DNA from: a virus
Taxonomy: Duplodnaviria; Caudoviricetes
DNA length: 64,000 bases
Reading direction: 5' to 3' (one strand)
IMG/VR virus record: IMGVR_UViG_3300042975_000096
The position numbers and the translations under genes are program-made. This document shows, piece after piece, positions 9,199-19,000 of this stretch (position 1 is the first letter of the stretch; the number at the start of each line of letters is the position of its first letter). Under the pieces are notes generated by a model. The model was not told the origin of the DNA. It saw only the letters and a program-made list of their open reading frames with translations, and made no database searches.

Positions 9199-12100
9199 TT
9201 ATACATTCTTAATATTTACGAGATTAACATCACATTTTATTGATTCTAAAAATGCTTTTATCTTTGCTGCCATTTCTTCACTTGATTTCCCTTTTTTCAA
9301 TTGTCCTGTTATTGCCATTGCAGCAGTACGCTCACCTTTTTGCATTTGTTCTAATTTTTGCTTCTGCAATTCTCGCATAGACATTTCCATTGTATCTTGT
9401 TGGCTTTTCAAATTAGCTTTCGTCGCATCCTCTACTTGTTTTAACGACCTCTTTGCAGCATCATCTGTTGCCTTTTGTGCACTTTCATGATATTTAGAAA
9501 TATATGTTTCATTTTTCGGTTTTTGTGCATCCATTGCTTCATAACGTTTGCGTATTTCATCTATAGATTCAAATTTACTACCAATATCCACATACATTCC
9601 ATCCACAATTCTTCCTTGCCCTGTTTTACCACTAGAAACACCCATAGATTGCAATGCATTCGCAAAACGTTTCGCGTTATCTTCTGCCTGTTCTGATAAT
9701 GTTTTTGGCTTAAAATTCTTCAGCAAACCGCTTAAATCACCTGAACCAAATGCGCCTAAATTAACACCCCTATTTTTTAATTGTGCCAAAACGCTTTCAA
9801 ACGTTGCCAAATACTTTGATTCCAGTGTTGTAAAATATCCATTTTGTGCCAAAATATGAACAAATGCAGCTGCATCGCCTCTATTTGCTGCTGCTGCCAA
9901 TGCTTGTCTATCTTTAGCATAAGCAATAGAATGGTCTGCCATAAAATTAGCAGCCTCTTCCAGGCTATTAAACGTAGCATAACCACCGTCACCTGCATTA
10001 CCATAATTGTATCCTGGTTTATGTTGATTAAGCATACCCCATCCTGATTCAGATATTAACTGTGCCAAAATATAATCAGCTCTAACACCAGTTTTTGCAG
10101 AAACAATTTTACAATATTGAACCATTTCAGAATCTTGTGGTAAATCACCCATCAAATTATCTGTAGGCGTTGTTGAAGGGGAAGAATTATCTGGACCATA
10201 TCCTGTAGGAACATCCCCATTCATATAACCTAAAGCTCTATTTAAATAATGGCTTGTTGTAACCGAATCAGCAGCTTCATATATATCACTACCATTTTCT
10301 CTTGCTGCTTCAACAGCATTATCAACAGCCCCTTCACCTGCATTATAAGCTGCTATTGCTAATCGATAATCGCCATTATATTTATCTAAAAGGTCTCTAA
10401 ACATTGTTGCTCCAAGATTAATGTTTTCAGAAGTATTCATGTTGAGGACTTCAGGATGCCATTGAGGATTTATTTGCATAAACCCATATCCACCTACATC
10501 ATAACCACCATCATTATCATAATCATGTAACCCTAATATTTGACCACTATGCTCACTTAATGCTATCGCAGCAAATGCATTTGCACTAATTCCATGTGCA
10601 TTTGCAATATATTCAAGTTCATTAGCCGCTTCAGGACTTTGACTTTGAACTAATGCTAAAGCACTTCCTCCACCGCTACCATCACCAGACCCACCCCTAC
10701 TAGGGTCTTCCTGATATGCTTCTTGTTGCGCTTCTTCTTCAAGTCGTTCTCTTGTTTCTCTTTTTAATATGTCTTCCCAAGAACCATTTTCGCCACCACT
10801 TGTAAGCACTTCTGACCAATTACTCATTATTTTACCAGCAACTGCATTTTCATCTGTTCCACTACCAAACGTTAAACCTGCCAATTCATCATTTAGTGGT
10901 TGCAAATCACCCTGTTTACATCTTGCATAACTGGCAATCTGTTCCATTTCATGTTGTTCTTTTTTTAATTGCTTATATTTATTATAATTATCGGCATCAC
11001 TTATATCAGGTTCTCCATCAAATTCTTCTAATTGATTTGTAACTTTGTTATAATGTTCTTGAGCAGCTTTTTCAATACCTGCATAATATTCAACTGGACT
11101 ATCTGGATTAAATATTGTATTAAATTTAGTTTCAACACTTTCTTTCTCTTGTTCATTCAGTTGTACATTTTTATATGGCTTGTTCCCTCTACGATTTCTA
11201 TTTGCCAGTGCAGCTCTTCTTTTATACTCTGCAAACGCTTGCTGTGCTGTTGCTAAAAGAACCGCCAACGATACGTGAGCTTTTGTAAAATCGTCCATCA
11301 TTTGTTTGAATATTCTTTTTTCAGAAGCGTTAAGAGAATCATAATCAATTCCATTTTCTGCTAAGAATTGTTTGATTGCACGTCCTTGTTCTGTATCGGA
11401 CTTTATCAAATCAATCATTGAATGCCCATACATATCTGTATCTGCATTCAAAGTTTTTAAAAATTCCATATTTGCAGCAGAAACCTTATTACCGATTCCC
11501 AACAGCTCTTTTAATTTATCTCCACCCTTAGAAGCAAAACTACTTGCTGCCATTCCTGCAATTGGAGCTACATATTTTCCAACAACAGGTATTCTAGATG
11601 CTGCTCCACTAGCTAATGCATATGCACCGCCCTCTACTGCCGTATCAACACCAACTCTTGCAACGTGTTCATACCACGGTCTAGTTTCACCATTTGAAAA
11701 TTCGTTTAATGCAGAAAACAAACCTGTCATTGCAAATGTTCCTCTATTGTCTTTCAAGAACCCTTTTATCCTATTAAACACTTTCATTCCAATAGATTGT
11801 GACCTTGCTTTTAATTCAGCTTGTTTTTTCACTAATTGTTTTGTTTCTTTATCATATTTCATCTTTTCTCCCATCAATGCATGGGCTTTTGCTAAATTAC
11901 GATTCCTTTTTTTATCATTGTTTTTTTCTAATTCTTTTACTTCTTTTTCTATTGCTTCAGATACTTTTTTGTTTTTACTAAATCCTCTTGTTACGGCAAC
12001 CGTAGCCAAACCTAATGTCCCATAATACAAATAATTGCTGAATCCTGTAGAAGCTACATAATCTCTTATTTTATTATCTTGATGCAAATCTACAGGACTA

Positions 12101-15100
12101 CCATCTTTATTAACAAACTGCATTTTAGCCGTTCCTGAATCAAACATATCAGCCATAGTTTGTACATACGTTTCATCTGATTCCCCTGCACCAAGTTCAG
12201 CAGCTTCACTTTTTCCTGAATTTGCAAGAGTAGCACCACCAATCAACGCAAGTAATCCTAATTTTCCTTTTTTTCCTTTGAATATGTTAGGGATTTTACC
12301 AAATAATTTTGAAGCCTTGTTTTTTAGTCCACTGAAAAAACCACCTGTTTTTGACTTTGCTTTTTCAGCGACTTCCTCAACTTCATCAACTGTTTTATTT
12401 GATACATTTGTTTTTTTATTCCACCAATTTTTAATTCCACGTTTTGCACCATGTAAAGCTAATGCACCTAAACCAAAAGCCCCTGCACCCATAGCTAATG
12501 TTTTCCATGGATTATGTGCTGCCCATAACAATGCACTATGAACAATAGGACTCTTTGATAACTCGCCAAGGAATTTTATTATTTTTGTAATTCCTTTAGC
12601 CATCGCATCGATTATCTTTTTCATTTTATTTGCTAAATCATCCATTTGTTTCTTATATTTTGTATTAATTAATTCAGCTAATTTATTCGCTTCTAATACT
12701 CGCGTTGCTTTTATCTTTTGCATTTCAGATAATTGTTTTCCTGCTTTTGCAAGCGAGTCCTCAAAACCTTTTAATCCTTTTTCAACGTTTTCACTTTTAT
12801 GAAGTTCTTCTTCATCCATTCCTGCTAAATATTTTCCTGCTCCCTCTGTATCGCCATTGGAGAGTTTTGATGTTAAGACGGATGCATTTTTTTGTGTCAT
12901 TCCATCTCCCATCATGCTTTGCATCATGACAAAATTACTTATTCCGTCAGATACCCCAAGACCGCTATTTAGCATATTATATTTCATGTTTAGGCGTTCG
13001 CCCATCATTTTATATCTATTTTTAAACGGGTCTCCGTTTTCATCAGCAACCATTAATGCGCTTCCCATAGCTGCCCACATGCTACCTGTTTGCCCAGCCA
13101 TTACCGCATAATATGCATTTGTTTTATTTTTGCTAAAATTAGTTTGTACTGTTGCAATATTTGTTGTAAGATTTACCGCATCTTCAACACGCATTCCATC
13201 ATCAACCATACTTGAAACCATATTAATAGCAAGATTTCCACCAAATCCCATGTTACGCAATGTATCCGTTAAACGAGAAACCTGTTTCATATATTTTTCT
13301 ACAGGAACTTGTGCCTTTTGTGCATCTGCCATAACGGTATAAATCGTAGTCGTTGCGGTTTCTGCATCTGAACGATTATTTTTGTACCAAGTATTTAATG
13401 CTTCTGCCATCGTTCCATTACTTATGCCATACAAATTTGCAGGAGCAAATAAAGTATGAGTAAAATAATTTAAATCTCGTGCATTTGCATTTGGGTTTGA
13501 ATTATAAGAACCACCAACTTGTTTAGCTAAATCTCTGTACATTTTTGATGGTTCATCAAAATCAACCATTCCATAAGTCATGGCATAATATTTATTACCC
13601 ATATTGTATGTCAAATCTCTTGCTCCACTTGCGCCATTTGCGCCAATAGAATAATTCGACATATAATTATTGTATAATGATTGACCGTTTTTCTTATAAC
13701 GGTCTTTTACAATATCTAAAAAACTCGTAGCAGAAAAAAGACCACCCATGCCAAGCATTGCCAATCCTTTTCCTATTACTCCCCAAACACTAGATACATC
13801 TTTAAATAATTCTTTATAGAAACTTACTTCTTTATTATTAATTGCCTCATCTAAATCATCACGTTCGTTTTCTAATTTTTCTAATTGTTCTTTTAATGCA
13901 GATACAACTTTTGAATCAGGGTCTATTAATGACTGTGCATTTATTGCCTTTACTGTATCATCAATTGCTGTTTCAATCGTTTTTCTGACTTCAGAAGCTG
14001 TTTTTTTATCTTGTTTGTTTGAAAAATGTTTTAAACCAAGTTTACTTACATTATCTGCGACATCAATAACTGCATTATTTGTTCTCATTTGATTATTAAT
14101 CAAAAGTTGACTGTTTTGAGCCAGTATATTACTCTTACTAAAATGTTTCCCACTTGCCATATCAACTGAGTTTTGAACAGTGTCATGCGCTTGACTTGCA
14201 TAAGAATATACTCTATCTAGATTATCAACGCTATCGCTAAAACTATCTGAAAACAACGAATTACTATTTCGTCTAGACATATTTAATTCATTAAGCATAG
14301 CTGTTGCACTATGATTAAATCCCATTGAAGCTAATTCACGACCAGCCATTTCTGTCGTTATTTGAGAATTACTATCAACGTTTTTAAATTCACTAACTAA
14401 TGAAGTTAATTCTTGTTGCGCTGATTTTTTATAATTCTCGTGTATATGCCTAATTGCATCAGCCATAGAATCTTCAGATAAGCTAAAATCATAAGTCTGA
14501 CCTAATACATCTGATACTTCATTTATTAACGGTTTTACTACTGTTAATTCTTTTTGAATCTTATCAACTCTAGAAAAAACCTCATTGAATTTTTCAAAAT
14601 CAAAATCTTGTGTACTTTTAGAAAAACCCATGATTGTTTGCTGTGCAAGTTCATGTACTTGTTTTAAGTTCTCTAAATATCCAGATATATTTCCTTGTTG
14701 CCGATTATTTTTTATATTATTTTTTACTTCTTCAATTTTACCAACAATAGTTAATGCATCAATATTTGGTGTATCACCTGTCATTTGCAACAACATTGTA
14801 TTTGATTTAGCAATGTTATCATATAAGTGACTCATTGTTTGCGAAATTGAAGTCAAAATACGTGAATCAGTTTTATTAACAATATTTTGGTCATTAATAA
14901 TATTTGATTCAATTTTAGTTTTATTAATTGTTTCCGCAGAATTTAATAAAGCACTTCTTATTTTCTTCGTATTGTCAATAAGTCGTACTAAAGAATCCCC
15001 TGCTTGCGAATAATTATTATGTATATCATTCAAAACTTTCAAATCAAACATTTTAGATAAGCTATTTAAAAGTTTTTCTGAATCCCCTGATAATTTATTA

Positions 15101-15453
15101 TTATTTTCATTAATCATACTCATGGAATTCTTAACGACTTCCATAACAGCTTTTTGCAATTTAACATTTACTTTCTGTAAAGACCCATAACTTGCTGTCT
15201 TTGTTCCATCGCCAAAAGACTGATATGTTTCAATTGCAGATTCAATATTTTGCAATTGTTGTTTGATATTTAAATATTTATTAATAACATTTCTGTTTGT
15301 GTCGGAAGTCCTTAAAGAAATTATTGTTTGATTAACTGAATTTAACAACGAAGCAACATTACTCAGTCCTTCAGACACATTCTTTAATCCATCATCACTT
15401 TTTATATTTTGTTGTATTATAGAAATTATTGATTCTTTTGTATCTGTAGCCAT
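9199..15453 (-). CDS. Tape measure-like protein 3 with lytic transglycosylase (SLT) and GH73/FlgJ-like glycosidase domains
   Basis: Long helical N-region and hydrophobic Gly/Ala segments. SLT motifs AIALSEHSG..GYGFMQI..NINLGA..AIAAYNAGEGAV (~10220-10630). GH73-like ILAQLISESGWG..YNYGN..YATFNSLEE..LAQNGYFT (~9780-10130). Start moved to MATDTK (GGAG RBS). Confidence 0.85.
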   Translation of the reverse strand: MATDTKESIISIIQQNIKSDDGLKNVSEGLSNVASLLNSVNQTIISLRTSDTNRNVINKYLNIKQQLQNIESAIETYQSFGDGTKTASYGSLQKVNVKLQKAVMEVVKNSMSMINENNNKLSGDSEKLLNSLSKMFDLKVLNDIHNNYSQAGDSLVRLIDNTKKIRSALLNSAETINKTKIESNIINDQNIVNKTDSRILTSISQTMSHLYDNIAKSNTMLLQMTGDTPNIDALTIVGKIEEVKNNIKNNRQQGNISGYLENLKQVHELAQQTIMGFSKSTQDFDFEKFNEVFSRVDKIQKELTVVKPLINEVSDVLGQTYDFSLSEDSMADAIRHIHENYKKSAQQELTSLVSEFKNVDSNSQITTEMAGRELASMGFNHSATAMLNELNMSRRNSNSLFSDSFSDSVDNLDRVYSYASQAHDTVQNSVDMASGKHFSKSNILAQNSQLLINNQMRTNNAVIDVADNVSKLGLKHFSNKQDKKTASEVRKTIETAIDDTVKAINAQSLIDPDSKVVSALKEQLEKLENERDDLDEAINNKEVSFYKELFKDVSSVWGVIGKGLAMLGMGGLFSATSFLDIVKDRYKKNGQSLYNNYMSNYSIGANGASGARDLTYNMGNKYYAMTYGMVDFDEPSKMYRDLAKQVGGSYNSNPNANARDLNYFTHTLFAPANLYGISNGTMAEALNTWYKNNRSDAETATTTIYTVMADAQKAQVPVEKYMKQVSRLTDTLRNMGFGGNLAINMVSSMVDDGMRVEDAVNLTTNIATVQTNFSKNKTNAYYAVMAGQTGSMWAAMGSALMVADENGDPFKNRYKMMGERLNMKYNMLNSGLGVSDGISNFVMMQSMMGDGMTQKNASVLTSKLSNGDTEGAGKYLAGMDEEELHKSENVEKGLKGFEDSLAKAGKQLSEMQKIKATRVLEANKLAELINTKYKKQMDDLANKMKKIIDAMAKGITKIIKFLGELSKSPIVHSALLWAAHNPWKTLAMGAGAFGLGALALHGAKRGIKNWWNKKTNVSNKTVDEVEEVAEKAKSKTGGFFSGLKNKASKLFGKIPNIFKGKKGKLGLLALIGGATLANSGKSEAAELGAGESDETYVQTMADMFDSGTAKMQFVNKDGSPVDLHQDNKIRDYVASTGFSNYLYYGTLGLATVAVTRGFSKNKKVSEAIEKEVKELEKNNDKKRNRNLAKAHALMGEKMKYDKETKQLVKKQAELKARSQSIGMKVFNRIKGFLKDNRGTFAMTGLFSALNEFSNGETRPWYEHVARVGVDTAVEGGAYALASGAASRIPVVGKYVAPIAGMAASSFASKGGDKLKELLGIGNKVSAANMEFLKTLNADTDMYGHSMIDLIKSDTEQGRAIKQFLAENGIDYDSLNASEKRIFKQMMDDFTKAHVSLAVLLATAQQAFAEYKRRAALANRNRRGNKPYKNVQLNEQEKESVETKFNTIFNPDSPVEYYAGIEKAAQEHYNKVTNQLEEFDGEPDISDADNYNKYKQLKKEQHEMEQIASYARCKQGDLQPLNDELAGLTFGSGTDENAVAGKIMSNWSEVLTSGGENGSWEDILKRETRERLEEEAQQEAYQEDPSRGGSGDGSGGGSALALVQSQSPEAANELEYIANAHGISANAFAAIALSEHSGQILGLHDYDNDGGYDVGGYGFMQINPQWHPEVLNMNTSENINLGATMFRDLLDKYNGDYRLAIAAYNAGEGAVDNAVEAARENGSDIYEAADSVTTSHYLNRALGYMNGDVPTGYGPDNSSPSTTPTDNLMGDLPQDSEMVQYCKIVSAKTGVRADYILAQLISESGWGMLNQHKPGYNYGNAGDGGYATFNSLEEAANFMADHSIAYAKDRQALAAAANRGDAAAFVHILAQNGYFTTLESKYLATFESVLAQLKNRGVNLGAFGSGDLSGLLKNFKPKTLSEQAEDNAKRFANALQSMGVSSGKTGQGRIVDGMYVDIGSKFESIDEIRKRYEAMDAQKPKNETYISKYHESAQKATDDAAKRSLKQVEDATKANLKSQQDTMEMSMRELQKQKLEQMQKGERTAAMAITGQLKKGKSSEEMAAKIKAFLESIKCDVNLVNIKNV

Positions 15454-15469
15454 TTCACATTTCTCCATT

Positions 15470-15505
15470 AAAAAAAATTACATCTATTAAAAAAATAGAT
15501 GTAAT
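15470..15505 (-). terminator. Intrinsic terminator-like hairpin between chaperone 2 and TMP3
   Basis: ATTACATCTATT/AATAGATGTAAT stem followed by a T run on the minus strand. Confidence 0.6.
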
Positions 15506-15525
15506 CATTAAAACTATGAGCATTG

Positions 15526-15942
15526 TTATGCATCAATTGAAGCATTTTTACTTGCTGTTTCTTTTTTCGTTGTCTTTTTGTCAAGATTTTTGAGTTCGTC
15601 ATCTTTCTTCTGACGAATAACCTCAAATTCTCTATACAAGTCATTAACAATCGTTGGATTAACTCCATTAAACAAAATTTCCTTTTCTGCTTCGCCAATT
15701 TCTTGACCATCAATTGTTATAAGTGCTCTTTCAAGAATTTCAATCTGCATCTTATACATACGAGTAATTTCATCACGATAATCTGGACCTGAACTGTTTT
15801 TCAGAGCACTCAAATATTCCTCAGAGGAAATTAATTTGAATCCCCACGTTTTACCATAACGAACTACGTCTTCAGTATCTTGTCCAATATTTACTAAGTC
15901 CTCAATCATTTGAGACACAAGTTTATTTGTTTTAGCTGGCAT
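15526..15942 (-). CDS. Tail assembly chaperone, short (gpG-like) form
   Basis: Paralog of the N-terminal ~120 aa of 28185..29141 (WGFK..S/N..E, ALI.I.G/N.E, KE..F....I....L..E(F/Y)); sits between TMP genes. Start set at MPAK. Confidence 0.7.
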   Translation of the reverse strand: MPAKTNKLVSQMIEDLVNIGQDTEDVVRYGKTWGFKLISSEEYLSALKNSSGPDYRDEITRMYKMQIEILERALITIDGQEIGEAEKEILFNGVNPTIVNDLYREFEVIRQKKDDELKNLDKKTTKKETASKNASIDA

Positions 15943-16029
15943 TTTATCACCGGCTCCTTTCACAATAATTGTTTATTTCTTTCTGCTACATAGGAAATAT
16001 ATTATACTCAACAAAAAATAATAGTATGT

Positions 16030-19000
16030 TTATTTATAATTAACATTTGTTGCAATTAACGGATTGTCCATATATTCCCTTGCAATTTCATCTACTTTTT
16101 TCAAAATATCTCTAAACACCCAATTCTTTTTTACAATTTCTTCTGGATGTTGTGTCAATTCTTCATTTACTCTTTTTTCTATTGATTTCAGGTTTGCCTT
16201 TGCTGTTTCATTTCCTTTTTCAACCGTTCCGCTTTTTATTGCAGTTTGTATTTTTTTATTAGAAGCATCAATTTCTTTTTTTATAGAATCTATAGATTCA
16301 AATTTACTTCCAATATCTACATACATCCCATTAACAATTCTTCCTTGTGCGGTTTTACCGTTAGACACACCCATAGACTCTAACGCTTTATTAAATCTTT
16401 TTGAATTATCTTCAACTTGTTCTGATAATGATTTCGGTTTGAATTTAGATATATCTAATTTTGGTGCTTTAACATTCGGGAATGGGTTGGACGTGCTTCC
16501 ATCTCCACCACCACGACCATCTGCTCCTGTAAGTAAATATTTATTAGGTGTATATCTTGCTGGTCCGCCTAATCCATCACTAGAATAAAAACTGACATCC
16601 AAATGCAAACTATCCTCTACTCCTGCTGCACCTCCATGTTGAGCAATTAATTGTTCCAATAAATCCTCTTCGTCTGCCGACATATCACGTGCAATATCCA
16701 CTTTTGCGCCAGAACCATGGCTTCCAGGATTTGTTCCATTATGGTGATACCAATGTATACCATCAGGTTTTAGTGTCTCTGCACCACCCGTGATTGTTAT
16801 TTTATGACCAGTTTTTTCATAAAATTCTTTTGCAACCGCATTCATTGCTGCTGCAACTTTAGGATTGACGTGAACCAAATCAGTAGCACCAGGTATGCTT
16901 TCTGATTTTTCCATATAAGTCATGTCAAATCCACCCTCGCCATTACCTAAATAATCACCAGAAGCTCCAGGAAGACTTGTATTTCCAGCTGCTTGTATTT
17001 CTTTGACTTTTTCTTCTATCTCTTCACTACCAACTGTGTTCCAATACGACTCATATTCTTTATTGTAATGTTGTTCAGCTTCCCATTCCATAAATTTTTG
17101 AAATTCCCATGATTCTGAACCACCTATTGTTGCAGAATCAAATCTATTACCATTATCACCTTGAAAAGATGCTTTCCATCTTCCCCATTCTCCATTCATA
17201 AAATTATAATACGCTTTATCACCATCATCATCTGAATTAGCCATTTCATGAAATTGATTTGCTCTATCAGTAAACCAACTTTCATCATTAGTATGATAAT
17301 AATAATTCGCAATATCACCAAATAATCTACTTGCATTACCTGACAAATCTCCTGAACGTCTTTGATACCAACTTCCTTTCGTTTTATCATCAGCTTTCCA
17401 TTGCTCTTGAACTTCGCCAAATATTGTATATTTAGAAGTATCATCTAAAGTCATTGTTCCATCTGCTGCTTTTACTAATTTTGCATTTGATAAATCTTTA
17501 CCATTAGTTGTTCTTAAATTAGCACAAGCATTTCTAATATTAGCTAATGATTGCGCTGCTGCATTTAATGCTTGCGCCATATCGCCATAAATGCCCATGA
17601 ATTCTATAACTTTATCTTCCCAAATCTTCTTTTCATATTCACTAAGTTCGCCCATATTCACTCCATGCGTAGCCAAACTGGTTTGAACATAACGTTTAAA
17701 ATCAGAATTAGACAACCCCAAATATGATGCTAGATTTTCCATTATTTCTTGTTGTTTTTCGATTTCCACGTCCGACATATTCCCTTTAATAATTTTTGCC
17801 TGTCGTGCTAACGATTCATCATCTTCGGTATTACCAAAAAACTTATTAATTCCTATATTTGCTCCGGTCATTGCTAAAGAACTACCAATAAACGGTATAG
17901 CAGAACGTAATCCTTTTGCTATTAACCCTCCACCAGGAACTCTACTCATAAGACCTGTCAATACCACGTCTGCTAGTGTACCTGCACCTGCTTCAGCAAC
18001 ATCTGTTCCAATTCTCCTGCCCCAACTTTGATTGGGGTCTCCAAACAACATATCTTGTCCAACAGCAAGTGCTAAATTACCGCCAAAACCTTTTATATGA
18101 TTTTTAATTTGCTGGCGTTTTGACATTTTTTTGTACTTTTCAAATTCAGCATCATATCTCTTTAAATCTTCTTTAAATTTATTCTCACTGTTATGGTATT
18201 TTTCAACTTCTCTTTCATATTGTTTTTTACTTGTTTCAAATTCCTTATTCGCTTGAACCAATTTATCATAAGCAGCTTTTTGCTTTCTATATTTTGAGCT
18301 GCTTTTTGCATTTTTCTTTGATGGCGCATTTCCTGGAGATGGTGGTTTTTGTTTATCAAAAATAGGTTTTTTTTCATTAAAAACAGGTTTTGTAGGCACG
18401 GACAATGATTTTGATTTACAAAAATGTTTATAAATTTTATATAGTCCCATAGGTAATCCTAACATTGTTGCGCATATAAAAATTTTATCTTCCAAAGAAG
18501 CATTATTTCTATCTTGAGGTGAACTTGTTACAATTTGCACCTTTGCTTTTCCTGTTTCAAACAAATATGAAATTTTACCCCACCATAAATTATCATTATT
18601 TTTATTTTCTTCTTCTCCAGGAGCTACTTGTGGTGAAGCAAATGCCGTTGATGCACCAACAACTCCCATTGCTAATGCTGATAAACCTATTACGCCAACG
18701 CTTTTTGCGCCACCTGCAATAGAAGAAGGATGTCTAATTGTATTAGCTGAACTTTTTAACACATAGCCTAATCCTTTTTTTGCTGCCACTCCTGCCATAA
18801 CAACACCTGCTGTTGTTTTTATTGGGTCTTCTGCAAATGTATTTAGTATTGATTTGCCAAATGGCGAATTCAAAAATCCACCAATCATTTTAATAACTTC
18901 AACCATAGATTTTGCATATTTATCTATTTTTAATCCCAACCATTTAGCAAAATGATTTAGTTGGCTTCCTAATTGAGTATCTAAAATGTTAGCAATACTA

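Noticed and set aside
15468-15713. 81-aa overlapping ORF as a frameshift (G-T) extension of the short chaperone
   Set aside because: It is in the +1 frame, the AAAAAAG run is not phased as X XXY YYZ, and the extension would add only ~19 aa running through a terminator hairpin.
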